Of a DNA stretch of 64,000 bases, positions 20,650 to 35,600 are shown one piece after another. Source of the DNA: Phoronis australis (taxonomy: Eukaryota > Animalia > Phoronida). The notes beneath the pieces are model-generated. The model was given only the letters and a program-made list of their open reading frames with translations. It was not told where the DNA came from and made no database searches. Position numbers and translations under genes: made by a program. How positions within the stretch are numbered: the first letter of the stretch is position 1; each line of letters starts with the position of its first letter. The stretch is taken from contig NMRA01000007.1 in NCBI GenBank assembly GCA_002633005.1, positions 568,842 through 632,841 on the forward strand, written 5' to 3'.

Positions 20650-23600
20650 CTACAAATATTGAATGAATAATGTAACTATGTAATCAGTTGTAAATCAAAT
20701 TGAATCTTTTCTTTTGGACATTACTTACAAAATTTAACTTCTAGAACCTCGGAAACATCGCGCCCCCTAAGTAATCTGTCACAAACTAAATGCCAGCTCA
20801 CGATTCTACAACGCTATCTTAGCCTAATTTTCCGCTCTTTTCTCTTCGCTTTCGTTAACATAACTATCCTACGTCCAAGTAGATTATAATGAACGTCTAA
20901 AGGTTAGAGTAGAAAACTTTCGCTACGTTCTGCAGTCCATCTACACAAGGGGGGAATCAAAACTAGCCTAGACTTCAAAAACATCAGGCTGGACTGCAAA
21001 ACCCAATGGCTGGTGTTGTAACCTGGCGATCTGACCTCAAAACGCGATGTGCGGTACCTCACAGCAGCGGATTTAGAGGGGGGTCAAGGGGACCATGCCC
21101 CCCTCCCCTATAATTATCCCAGATAACATTTGTCAGTTCGGGGGTGCGAATGTCTGACGGGCAAAACCCTGGCTAATTCTCTGTCCTGGCCTCCCTAACT
21201 CAAAATCCTGGATCTGCCCCTGCCTCAAAACCAGATGGCCGCACCCCAAAAATGGTTAGCCGGACCTGGTTCGGCGGTGCTCAAACACAATGGCTGAACA
21301 AATTACCGGCAACTGTTATAGCGCTGGCCATCGTGTTTTTGGTCCAGCCAACTAGTTTTTGGGTGAGACCATCGCGTTTTGAAGTCCGGACAACACGTTT
21401 GTTCACCGGCCATTTAGTTTTGTAGTTCAGTCAACTGGACTGAAGTCCGGGCAAGTGGTTTTGAAGTCCGACCAATTGTTGATTCTCCCGCTTGATACTC
21501 ACGGGCGTAGATATCATATACAACGCGGACAAAAATCAAACAAACAAACCCGTTAGCTTTACAATTTTAACTAATGACTACACTTCCACATTTTTATTCA
21601 AAATATAACGAAAATCAGTGCGCAAAAATGACATAGTCAAAAAGTGATACAAGATAACTCACTTTTAAATTGTCAAAATCAAAAAAATTTTAAGTCGTAA
21701 ACAAAAGTGGCTCGCTATCCCCCTGGTACCGATCTACGGCAGACAGTAGCGACCACATCTCACCATAAGGCTAAACAAATGGGTTCCTACAACTTTTTCT
21801 TCATTAACAGTACTATACCCATTTCACGGCCTAAAAACACATTTTTGGGATTATTTTTGGATTTCATAGACGTTTTGAAGTTATCAGTTTAGTCCAAAAC
21901 CAAAAAAACGATAAGATTCGTTATTTTATTATTTTATCACAAATCGTCGTCGTTGTTTGCCAGGTATTCGCCTAAATTAAGACCGTGTGACTATACTCCA
22001 CCGTATGTTGAGTGCGGTTTAGCTCAGCCCGCATTGTTTTCAACTGCCAACGTAGATTCCCAGTTGAAATCCATGCTGAAGTTGTTCTCAGAAAGTAGCT
22101 TTGCCTGGCTGATAATGTCACTGATAATTTACTTACAAAATGTTCAGTTCCTTGATTCCTTCAAATGCATAATCTCCAAGTGTGGACAGTTCTGCATTCT
22201 GCGACAAATTTCTGTCAAGAAAAACACATAGCTACGTTAGTACCATGGGGTACGTGAACAACATGCATCGCAGTTTTCCGCAAACAAGGTCGGGGCGTAT
22301 GTCGGAAAATGAAATTTCGGGACCAAAAATCAAATCCAAACGTATGTCGGGGAGTACCACGTGCGTGGTGTCAATGCAACAGAACAATCAAAATAAGAAC
22401 TGAGACACAGAGCGCGGTCTAGTGGCAGAGATTGCGGGTTCGAATCATGACTCATTTCTAATTTTATGTAGCCTACTGACGTGCAACATGCATGGTGCGT
22501 ACCAAAGGACCTTTATGAATAAAGTTTATTAGGATTAGCAGCAGCAGCTGCAGTAGCAGTAATTAGCAGTACCTAGCAGTACGTAGCTGCAGCTAGCAGT
22601 AGCGATCAGTAGCTAGCGGCAACTAACAGCAACAAGCTGTAGCTAGCAGTGGCTATCAGTAGCCATCAGAAGCTAGCAGTAGACAGCAGTAGTACTAGTA
22701 ATAGTATAGCCGTCGCCTAAGTGGACAACTCACATTGAAAATAGAAGTTCAGTTTACTTCTTATGCATTTGGTGAAATGGTGTGACGTCATATTACGAGA
22801 AAAAAATCATACTTACAATCTAGTTATATCCGTGATATTGAAAGCTCCGTTCTCAATGGTTTGTATGCCTGTATTGCGTAACTTCCTGTAATACGAATTT
22901 CGAAGCATTTAAATACATGCAACTTTTTCATGAAAAATCAGCATTTTAAAATTTGCTGCTTCAATCGCAGATCCTGAATTTTGTACAGGGTGTCCATATT
23001 CCTGTCACACACTCCCTTGTGTTGCTATCACGCCTGCGCGGTAACGGGAGTGTTTCTGCACTATTGCAGGGACGCTTACTACGTGTCCTAAGTCAGTGCA
23101 TACTCTTGAGGTTTTACGTCTTATAGTTGGATAAAATTAAAGTATCTGTTGTTACTGTGGGTGTTGGGGGACATGACTGGAAAGGTTATCAACGTGAAAA
23201 CATAAACTTTACTGCACTTGATGATTGCAGGTGGTGTTGGATCGTTATTTTAAGGGATGTTATCGTTTTTACTGTGAAAAAACGTGTTTTAGGGAGTGCT
23301 GGAAGACTTCTTGAAGTTGTTAGCATTGAAGAGAGCTATAAAACAAAAATAACGTAGTGGGTTTTGTACAATGATCTCCCTTGGGCTCTCGGTTACGGGG
23401 GATAACGACTTCGCCATGCAATAATCTATATCTATCTTACATTAAACATCTCAAACACATTCTATTTTTTTAACTCATCAAACTTAGCTCGAATCACCGC
23501 ATCAGGAAAATATTGTCCTAGATAAAAACTACTATCGAAGTTGAATGATTAGAAAACGATTGTAACCAGGGACTGGTTATAGGAAAACGTGAACTATTAT

Positions 23601-26600
23601 GACAAAAAATGTGTTGGGAACTTGTATTCTATTTAAACATAATACAACTAAATGGTACCAAGAATTTCCGAAAATACGTCTACCCAAAAGTACGCTCAAT
23701 GCCCTATTTTCAGAAAATTGTCCAAATTTGCGTCCATGGGATTATTTTCGGAAACCATTTGCAAGCTCAGGAAAAAACTGGTGGATTCGTTTGAAATACG
23801 TAGGCAATTTGTTCTGACGTAAAATTTCGTTTATTTTGGTAAGACTTTACCGAGATTTAATTCAAATATCTATCATTTACAACTAGATATTGGGTGACTT
23901 TGCTGTTAACCAACCGTAACACAGTTTTAACGTACTATGTTTGCTGAATGCAAAATAGTACATGTAGCAACGATTAAAATTCTTACTATCAACTGAGACA
24001 CAACTGCATACATTAAAAAGGAGGTGCATATTTAAAAAATAATACTAGTTTAACAGCTAATAATCAGCGATAATTATTTGCTTAAAAACTATATCAGAAA
24101 ATGTTGAACACAGCTTCCGAAAATACGCCCAAGCCTTTATTCGATTTTGGTCGTTTTCCGAATCTTCGCATACTGGCCTATTTTTGGAATTTCACCGCAA
24201 GTAAAAATGATTTGTCACGCTCCGAGCGCTCCCTGTTGGCTCAGCTTAGGGTTAGAACTCTTGCCCTGCGTTGCGTGAACTTGGGAATCCTGCTTAATCT
24301 CAAGATCGCTTATGGGTGAACTTGGAATTGAATACTGTTTAAGGCAATCAAGAGAAAATTTTTGTTCAGTGAAAAGAATTTTTGTAATTATTGGTCTCAC
24401 GATAGCCCATTTTCTCCTTTACCGTAACTGGTGTAGCAGAATCGGAGGAAATTTTGAATGGCTAAATCAATTATTGTTTGGTGAAATAGATCGCCCGTAG
24501 TTGAAAAAGGGTTGGTTAAAATTGACATTATTTTATTCAGATGTAATTTGATTTAGTACGGTGTTAGTGCGGTGAAATTTTTTATGAGCGTGAACGTGAT
24601 TATTTGAGTAAACTTGTAAAGTTGCCTCACGCATTTCAAGTTCACCCATACGGGATCTTGAGATCAAGCAGGAATCCAAGTTCACGCACTCGCAGAAACT
24701 GGTGTACTCCTATAGATGAAAGGTAAATTGTTATAACTCAACTCAGTTTAAGATGAGCTGCATTTTGATTGTACGATTCACGAAGAACACGTATGTGTTA
24801 AGTATATCACTTTAAGTACCAAGCTTTTCAGACTATAGCAGAGGGAACCATTAAACTTATTATTTCACCATTTTCAACGAAAATTTGCCAAGTCAACAAA
24901 CTCAAAAATTCGTACTTGTGACTGAGTACGTTTATGTGGCCCAAAATAAGAGAAGTTACTCAGTCTGAGTATATTTTACGTTTCGAGCAATAACAGGGAC
25001 TAGGTAAAATTTGGTGGTCGTGGGTCCAGGGTGTTTTGCTGGTTTTCTTTTAAAAATGGATTGAACAAGAGGCCCGGACCCACTGGATAACCCCGTTGGA
25101 TTTGCACATGCGCTTGTAATACCCACACACAACTACCGACTGGAGTTACATGGGGTAGGTACGACTAGTATGTCTCAAACTCATTTTTCACTAACTCTTT
25201 AGGTCGCTATATTTAGTGGAAATAAGGGGGTGCTCAAAAGCTTCTTACAAATCGTATGTCTTGACTCTGTCAAAGGCTCCCGTTTTGATAGTCTTTATCT
25301 TGAGATTGTTGGAAAAGTCCCTAGAAAAGAAACCTGAAAATCATTACTTAAAAGTTCTTCATACAAAGTCAATGAGTTACATACTAGTTAACGTTTTCAG
25401 CTATGGGTTCTACAGCCATTGTCAAACTAATGATGTTGTAAATGGGTTGGATGCGTGACGTCAGTCTTATAGGCTGGTAGCAAGATGCCTTCTGCATGAA
25501 CAGAGGCATCGGTCAGTATGCCTTGCCAGATATCTACGTCGTTGCAGAGCACTACAAGCGGACGAGACGACCGATAGATGTACCCACGGCGCATAAGGAG
25601 ACGTCACATGTCCAACGTTATCTGGTACGTAACTCACTGACTGTGTGTGAAGAATTTTTCAATATTATGCATTCGCCTGTCAAATCGACTTATCTCGAGA
25701 AAAACTAAATATTTTCACGTGCCTAAGCAATCATCACCGTCTTTCGCTACAGTGTCTGAATGTTGTTGAACATAGTCACTCCGTATCTTACTCGGCCTTT
25801 TTCGTATAAGGTTGATATTCACGTGCTAACTGCCCCGCTTGTATTTTGTGAACACTCGATGGATCACTAATTAGCTGTAACAAATGGCGCACAGAGGGAG
25901 AACTGGGTTAAAAAAAATCTTGCTTTTCATTATGGCAATCTGTTATTGATAGCACTTGAAATTGACAAAAAATACAAACAAAACGCAGTAATAATTATGC
26001 TGTTACAAATCAGGGAGTTTATACGCTACAAGTTAAGAATTGCTAATCTTCTTACACGCCATGTGTTGGTCACATCACGTGACTTATAGTTGAGTCTGAA
26101 AAGATCGCCAGGGCGGACGAGCAAGGAGACTAATAATTCTTATTTGTAAAATGCAAAACTGATTGGGTACGCAAGAAACAACAATTTCGCGAGTGATCAA
26201 ATGTTAAAGGGTTGGAAAAGATATTCATGTTTAGTAACATCGCAGTTCCCATTCGTGTTGCGCTTCCGAGTACTATACATCGATTTCGTGCCACACAACG
26301 TTCACGCATTGCTAAGTGACAACGTGCGCTGATACGCCGTAAAATGTAACAATTTTGTAAAACGTAGCAACTGTTACATTTTACATCATAGTTACATTTT
26401 ACGTTGCAAGGCCTCTCTTAAAATGTAACAAGTTGTTACATTTAATGTAATTGTTACAATTTACGTCGAATGCACTTGCGAGAAATGTATCATTGTTACA
26501 ATTTACGAAACCAACGTCGTATTTCATGAGTTTGCTTGATATTTGTCACAAGGAAGAAAATCCGTTCACACACTTATCGCCTTCTTTCTCGGACTGTGTG

Positions 26601-29600
26601 TCGGAATGAAATTCTATCAAATGTGCCAGGTCGAACTTATAAATGTGTCCTTATGTGCCTTCCATGGTTTTTTAACATGAGTAGTTAACAAGTTTTGTGT
26701 TGTTAAAGGGTTCTTGCAATCTTTTGTTGACGCTCACAGGTCATAAACCAATTGTGTATACTGCATTACGGTAAACGCACTTCCCTTGGTAAGTACAACA
26801 ATGGCATCGTATTTGGGTAATATTTACCGTATTTCTGCGGGAACAAACGACAATAACCAAATTTTTCCTGGAGAATTCAATTTCGGAAGCCAATTTGATA
26901 GAAAAAAAAACCCACGATAGTTTGGTTTATTTCGGCCAGTGTTTTATTGCCTTGGAGTCATCGCTTATGCAGTAACTGACCTGCTAAACACAAAAGAAGC
27001 AAAACCAATGTTTCTGATGCCGACAGGTTCTGCCTACCACCTTAGTTACGAATGACAATTTCTTAAAGACATTGTAGTGGAAGGAAATAAAAGCACGCAT
27101 TTATTTGCCGGCAGGTTGACAGATTTTGTCAAAGCAACATCAAAATATCGCCTTTGAAAAGGGCGAGCCAATAGTTTTAAAAAAGTGGCGGCATAATTAC
27201 GTGTTTTATACAGCTTAAAAGCTGAAAGAAATATCTTTGTCCCTGTGACGTCAAACTTGTCTGAAACAGTGGTGGTAACAACAGGTCAGAGCGTGACGTG
27301 TATACGTAAAAACGGGATGCCAAGCTGGGGAAATAGGAAATATTTTGCACCCTGAAAAGACATGATCATTTTGCTCAAACTTGGAAAGGTCTAGGTCGAT
27401 AGTTTAAAAGGGCAATAATCCAAAAAGCTGACTGTCGGTCTTTCGGACTATAAAAACATGCACTTTCTCTTTTTATTGTCTTTTAAGATAAATTATGAAT
27501 TAAAATTGCTATTTGGGCAATGTTCATTAGGTCGAAGTACATATAAATGAAGACAATGATTGGACTTTCTATCATTAATAGACAAGAAGTCACGTGTCTC
27601 ATGAGGCGCCATGTTTTGTGTTGCATAAACGAATTTGGTATACATGTATTTACCCCTTTGATACATTGCATTAAGTGCTCATATTAAACATCACTGACTT
27701 CGACGTTGGTGGTTTTTGTTCCATACAATCCACTTTCAATGAAACCTAGTTCAAATCACTCTGTTAAATCACTGTGTTATTCTAGAAATATTGGGGCCCG
27801 TTCCACATAAAATTGTTGCGCGGTTTGTATACCCATTACCAGCTATTCTAATGACCCAGTGATCGCAGCCGACTAATCGTTAGTTCTGGAAAATGTCTGG
27901 CTCCAGAGTTCAACTTAGTGCAAAGTTGAACTTACACATTATCGTGGAACAATACCCAGTTCTTTGACAAGTAATGTTTTCAACAAGAGACAAAAATTAT
28001 TACACGGTGGGTATCCTCACATTTAGATGAAAGTCGCGAGTAAAATAGTGCGCTCTGAATTCAGTTCTTCTTGGCAAACTACAGATGGACATAGTTATAT
28101 TTTCAAACAACACAGTGCTTGTGGATAGGTCAAAATAATCAATTTTTAAAGTTGGTGCACGTCTAAACAAGATTTTAAATTTCATCCTCCTCGTTTCAAA
28201 GAATTAGGCCTACTCTGCATCCACAGCTCTCAAGAAGTTCCTCACAATATCGTTAAGGCTGAACATGGGAACCCCTTTAAAATTCTTTGGAACGTCACTC
28301 GCTGTTCACTATCAATGGAAAGCCCGATGAAAACATTGGACCATGATTGAGATGATTTTAAAATCGTTGAGGACCATGATGTATTAGCACTTTGCTAAAC
28401 ATGTATTGTGTCCTCGTTAAATAAATTTTAAAATATTCATAATAATAAGAACGATAACGAAAACGTTAACGAGTAACATTAGTAATAGCAGTAATAGTAG
28501 TAATAGTAATAGTAATAGTATTAATAGTAATAATAGTAATGTAATACTAATAAAAATGATAATAGGTAGCCAGATTCATGTCGTGTCAGCCCGGAGGGCA
28601 TTCTATAGAAGAGGTATACCAAAAGTGCAGCCCAAAAGGGTGTTCTTTCACAGAAAAAATACTCTCCAAAATGGTGCCATTTTCGAGAAACTTATATCTA
28701 AAAGGTGCCGTTCCTGAATTTCTGGAATAAAAGTGTGCGAAAATGTGAATTTTTACACAAATTAGTCTCTAAATGGGTCACTTTTTTGTCCGAGCCCACT
28801 CTCTAAACGGGTACGTATTTAAACTTTTCGGGCGGCACCCCTCGTACAAAAATACTCCAACACCCCCTGGTAGTTTCACATACCACTTGTTCGCGATTTT
28901 GGTCATTTTCCTTGCAATATGAAGTGGGTTTCGTAAAATGTAACAATGGTACATTTCTCGCATGTGCGTTCGACGTGAAATGTAACAACTACGTAAAACG
29001 TAACAACTTGTTACATTTTAGGAGAGGCTTAGCAACGTAAATTGTAACAATGACGTAAAATGTAACAGTTGTTACATTTTACGAAATTTTTACATTTTAC
29101 GGCGTATCAGTGCGCTTTGATTGACAGGTGGCCAGAAATTCCACCACTTCCAAGTACGTGTACAAATACATCGCTTTCTACTGCGGCGTGATAACAACGT
29201 AGACAGGGGCCTATCACGGAAGTGAAGTCAGTGGTCTACCACGACGCGGTGCTTTTAATGGGAGACTTCCTAGCAGCAATTTGGTGACTGATCACACGGT
29301 ACCGGATATTGATAAAGTTTACAGAACGAGGAGGCAACATCGCTTTGGTTTAAAAGCACCACCTCGAACCACATTCACTGTAAAAGGGTTTTTTTCGGGA
29401 AGTTAACATGTTCCCCTATACTGCTCGCTGTGAAGAAGAAGTACGCACATGTACCTCACACCGAAGTTTAGGTTTGCGCACACTCAACGTATGAATGTCA
29501 GTTAGTGAGACAACTTAATACTCACATGACGGATAATCCATGTTCTGCTTGGAATACACCTAAGTGGGGGAGTTCGGTAAGTCCCGTATTTCTAATGACC

Positions 29601-32600
29601 CTGCAAACACAAAACATCGGTGGACTGGGGGGAAAACGGAGTATTTCTTTAACGTTGACGTCATGATCGTATCAGTGTATTCGTGTGGGCGGAGATTTTT
29701 TTGAAATGCAAATAAAAGTTTTGTTTTTAAAAGTTAGAATTTTCGTGTGGACGACAAACTTTTTAAACACGATACGCTAGATACAGAAAGAAAATTTTGA
29801 AAACGACCCCAAAGCAATACGAGAACTTTCTGAAATGCAACGAAACAGTTACATTTTCAAAATGAAAGCAAAGGCGCGTGGACAGGACCTAATTTGCAAC
29901 ACAAGTTGATGGCATCAATTAAATTGATAACAGTACTTCAATTAAAAATATTGCTATATGCCCACCTTCGTCAAAACAATTAAAATTTGATTCAGACCAC
30001 TCACTGTTATTGCACGGCTATCAACTTGTCACCTGCTTAAATGTTTTATAATCAGGTTCAAAGTAATTTCTTATCCATGAAAAAATAATAACAAAATAAT
30101 TGCAGGCCGTCTGGTTCACGTTGCACCAAACGTGCGAAGACCGCTCACGTGATCTCATTGCAGTGATCACCTGGAACCATTGTGGGTAAAACTGAGCTGA
30201 GGAGCTAGAGACGTGACCCAATGTTCTAAAAGTGTGACCTAGTGAGACTGGAACCCACAACCTTTAGTAAAGGAAGCGGTCACCTATCTCAATAGTCCAC
30301 ACTGCTTCCTACTCCATGATAAAAACTGGCAGATCGAAATTGTTTGATATCATGCTCAACAACTTGGTTTGTCACTGCCTGTCATCTCATGCGCGCCGAA
30401 AATGGTCTCGAGCAATAACGAACTAACAGGCCTCCCAAGATCAGAAACCACTTCTCATTGTAGATAGGAACAGGTTGAAATGATTTTCATAGTGTTAAGT
30501 TGTCTAAATCAAAACGTGTTTTGTCGGAAGGCACTTTCATAGGCCTGTCTACGCTTATTTATTTTGCTTTGTTATGTTTATTTTGGGAAATAATCATGCA
30601 CGACGTACTATACTCACAGGTTAGACAGCTTCTCAAAATGATATAGAACCCCCTCTTCAACTTTCGACAACAGCGGACAGTCGTAGATTTGCCTGGAAAT
30701 GAAACACGGTTTTCTGATCGGTTTGTTTATACAAATGCAAGTATTCGCCTTTCATGCAAAAACAAGAGAACATATTGAATTACCAAATCAATTCGTCCCG
30801 AGTCGACAAGGGAAACTAGAAATTTGGTTGGGTACAAACTGCAAGTCATTTGAGAATCTTTCCGTATGAATTGTTACTGGCAATACTAGGGGACACGGCT
30901 TCAAACTTGGAGATGGTGTCTAGGCTTAGAAATCGGTGTCCGCTCAGGGGCATGAGTCTCATTTTTGTACTTGAAATTGAAATCAAAAATATTTTTGACA
31001 TATTTTTGACTCAAGACATGTGTCTATCATTCTGAGATCGAGTACATGATAATTTGCGTGTACGACTGTCTAACTCTAGCTTCCCCTTGATGACCCCACC
31101 ATTAAAGCTTAAGTTCGAGTCTTGAATTCGAAATTTCGAGTTTTTACGCGAAATCTCGAGTTTTTACTCGAGTCTGTAGCTCGAATCTAGAGGCAATCAA
31201 GTGCGAATTTGGACTAGACACTCATCGGCATCAAGTACAACACACTGGGGTAGAGAAAACAAACACTTAACTTAAGTTTGCACAAAAATAAAACAGTAAA
31301 TAACAAAACTAATTTCGAGGTCGCTTTCCAGTAAAATATTAGACCCCGGACCTTGGAAACTTAGAATTCTGTTTAAATCTAATTGAAATGGCTGTTTTGA
31401 CGTGTNGAGTTTTTACGCGAAATCTCGAGTTTTTACTCGAGTCTGTAGCTCGAATCTAGAGGCAATCAAGTGCGAATTTGGACTAGACACTCATCGGCAT
31501 CAAGTACAACACACTGGGGTAGAGAAAACAAACACTTAACTTAAGTTTGCACAAAAATAAAACAGTAAATAACAAAACTAATTTCGAGGTCGCTTTCCAG
31601 TAAAATATTAGACCCCGGACCTTGGAGACTTAAAATTCTGTTTAAATCTAATTGAAATGGCTGTTTTGACGTATTGCTGATCCACTGAAATATAGTTGAT
31701 TTTGCGTTGAGTTTTTGTTATTTTGGCGTTTAATAACAGAGCGTGACATCAAATTTCACAGTGACGTCATTCTACATAAAAGGAAAACCCAAGTGTAGCC
31801 ATATCACACATTTTTACAGATTTGTAGAAGACAAAGATCAAACTACAAAATATCGAGATTTTAAAAATTCAATGATTACATTTAAATTGTGTCGAATCCC
31901 CTTAAATCATACTTAAAGCAACTTACAATGTTAGTAAATTAGGCGTGTACGAGAAGAGTAGCGGTTCAATGTATCTCAGAGCCTTGTCTTCGCTGATCAC
32001 TCTGAAAAACGTGATTCAGATAAATAATACATGCAAAAACCAGGTGTGGGCCTAAGATAATAGTTCAGACTTTAGTAAGTTAAATAAACCGGGAATGGCT
32101 ACCTTACAGCATTGGCGACATTCGCCAAAACCCACGCCCATTTCCGGAACCTAGGGTAGAGATTTTTTCTCCGAGCCTCGCCTGGGGTTGGAATTTCCTG
32201 GTACGTGGACGTACGAAAACGCATTGTACGGTTGATTCTTGAGAGGTAAGGCCCCTGAGACACTTCTCAATCGAGTCCGCAGCAAGTGAAGATCGATTGA
32301 TTGGGCTTCTCCTCTTTTCAGTGTATTTATGTCTTCTGTACAACTCACTCTCCAACAGTTATACGTGACGTTAGAATTACAAATTGAAATTGCTGATTAT
32401 ACAAAAGAGTGCTTAGCACGGTAACAGCGAACAGTCGCATGGGCGAGGTGCCAATATTGATTCTGGTATGGGGCAACTTGAGTGATGTCCGGACCCGCAG
32501 CATCGTGGGTACCACGTACTGCAGAATCAGGGAGAGCACAGGGGCGTTCAGAGACTAAGTGGTTATTTGTAGCTCTCTGTCACAGCGTCTTGAAAGCGTG

Positions 32601-35600
32601 AAGCTGTTTAGAAGCAGGTCACCATAATATTGTTTCCACACCTTGATTTTATACTCACAACTTTCTCAGATTTGAGTAATTTGCGAATGACGTCAGCGTC
32701 CAGGATTCTATCCGTGTTTGCCACAGGTCTCTGCAAATAAAGATGTCGAGGCATTTTTGACGGGAAACAAGCAAGCTGATGACATCAGTAGTCGAATATT
32801 CACGCAGTAATGGGTATCAAAGGAGCTAAAGCAAACAAGATGTTACACAGTTTTTGTCCCACTCAGCCAACAATTAAAGTTGCATATCCTTTCCACTTAG
32901 TCCCAATGCTTGTAAGAAGTGTTTATAATAGCATCACGAAATTAGCTAATTAATAATGTAAAACTAATTTTCAAAATGTTTTTGTCGTGATAGCAATGTT
33001 TTCAACATTCGTCAGTTGAAATTATACGCAACACGGTTTCCTTTATCAGGTGACCGTAAAACGTAGTGTATAAGACACAAATAGCGTATGTTTCATTGTA
33101 TTTAACTTCCGTATAAATATACGGTTGGGATTTAGACATGACCTGCAACCGAACTGGAGCGATCAAATGTTGAAAGCTTGGTCAAGCCGTAGTTTCCCGA
33201 AAAATGGTGCAGGCTTTCATCGTGAATTTCTATCATGGCAATTTTTGGGGAAAGGTACAGTCATCACGTGGCGAGATTCTCTCGTCAGTGAGTCGGCTCA
33301 TCTAAATGTAAAACTGACAAATGTACATTGCCAGTCATGGAAATCGACGCCATTTAGAGAATCCGCTCATGGTTCGACAGAGAGACAATTTACGACAAAC
33401 GCAAGAAGGAGAAATGAAGCCCGGTTATCAAAATCAGAAATGGTCGGTTGGCATTCCTTTTGATGCCCGATATTACAGGCTAGATAATGGCATGTTTTTC
33501 GTCTGCAATTTGCCGCATGTGGAGATAATCTGACGAGAACTCACTCTAAATAAGATAATAAACACTAGAGTTTGCTTACCAAGTAAATGCGATAGTTAGA
33601 CATTACAAAAGTTTTGTAATCCGTATGTTTCAAGGCATCGCCACGTGGCATCTCTAAAACAGTTACCGTGGACAAGAGAATGGTGGTGGGTGTCGAACAC
33701 GATGGCTAAGAAGATGCGATAGCGACGGTGATGTTAACGATGACTGTGACGATCGTGAGAATGGCAAAATGATGATATTGACAATGATGTGCGCACTCTT
33801 GCCAAACACCGCAAAAAATATCAAGCACACAAACCCTTTACCACGGAGCCTGTGCCTAGTTGCGTGAAACAGTCCCAAATAGGAATACATCTATGCTCGT
33901 TAACTTTTCTCTGAATATGTGGATTTGTGAAAACACTGTTTGTCCATTGTTATGCTGTTTTATTTCCATATTGTTAAATAATTGTTTGTCTTTGATACAG
34001 ACTGAGAGTAAGCTCTAGATTCAACTCTCAGTGCTATTGAAAATGAATAGGGGTATTTTCTTACAGCGCCTCCCATATAAGGACTAAGTTCCTATTTATT
34101 TTCATTGATCTAAGAGCTGAGCTCGTTAAGCACTACGGCACTCTAGCCAGATAAATGTTATAATGTGTTGTTGTTTTCGGTTATTTGCACTACAATCATC
34201 TGTGTTAAGAATGCCTGAGGGTGTTTGAAGTCCAGGCTCCAAGTTTAGGGTTTTTGTGCGTGGTAAGAGTTTTTGCTGAGTGTGATAAGGCTCGAAGTTG
34301 GTTTCCACACTCCGGTCGTAGGACATATTTTCACGAAAGTGTATGGTATGGTAAACCTACTTCCATAATCTACGACTCAATCCTTTGTTTTGAGGGTCCC
34401 TTAGTATAAAAAAATGGTTTAAATAGATAGATGATTTTCAAAATCAGCAAACTACTGTATATTTTGATCTCGAGCAAAACGTAACACTTCCTCCACATGT
34501 CACGAAAGGCGCCACGTTTCAGACAAAAAATAGTCAAAACAGAGGGGCTCGGGTTGAAACGAGTAACAGTATACATGTGCTGTCATTAAGTGATGGGGAT
34601 TTCACTTAAAATAACATCGCTGTGACTGGTGTTTTGTTTCGACCTCGCGATAATAGAGCTGTGTTTTTATAGACTTATTTCCAACCATAAGTTGTGTCAC
34701 ATTTTAGTGGAGTCCATTTTAGCACTCGTTCTCTGGTAACCATCATCGACAGGGTTCAAATAATTAGAACAGCTGATAACACGAATTCATCAAAGAACGG
34801 CTACAACTGTAATACCAGTATACTGCGTCGATTTGTGTTCCAATGTGCGTAATATTCGCCTTAGTTCGGAGCAGCATCGCTGGAGCAGCGCATGTATAGT
34901 TTGAACACGTGGCTTGGCACAGCATTCTTGCACCAGCGCGTGTACTAAATACAGCCCAGGGTCCCTCAATATGTTCTCAAATTATTCTAAAATGCGAGTA
35001 TCAGAATATGATTCTACTATGAATTAATGAAGTTTTTCTTGTTCCCGAATACCAAAGTGCGTTTTGCACTACGTAGAAGGTAGAAAATGTATTGACTGTT
35101 TCGAGTTCAGTGGCCATTTGTACAGCCCCGGCGCAGATATCGAAGATTTTTCAACAAAGTGTCAAGGCGGATAACAATTAAAAGAACTGATTTTATTATT
35201 CCTGGGTTGAGTTGCATTAAACTTCAAAATTAACCGTTGGATAAGTTTGATTGTTGCCTGACGTTAAATGCATTGCTCAACAACAACAACGTCACGCGTG
35301 ATAATACGACGTCATTGTTGCCATACGGCGTATAACTTTCATGCAGCTGGGCCCTGCCCGAGAAACTGTGTTGAGCAAGTGATGCAAGAGAAGTGCTCAT
35401 TCCGTGGAGCATGCGACAGTTGTAAGAGGAGCAACGGTGCAGTCTATAAGTCCACTTATCGTTTCTCTGCAATTTGAGTCAGTTGTGTCATTTGCCAATT
35501 TCTGTGCTTTGCAAAAGTTACTTTAGGATTCCTGAAACACAAAAAGCTCCATTCATCAGTTCTCAGAAAGACCGTTTTCAGATACTCATATTTCAGAGTG

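Noticed and set aside
33580-33653. Candidate extra LRR exon on the minus strand
   Set aside because: 74 nt, a stop in the required frame and no LRR pattern
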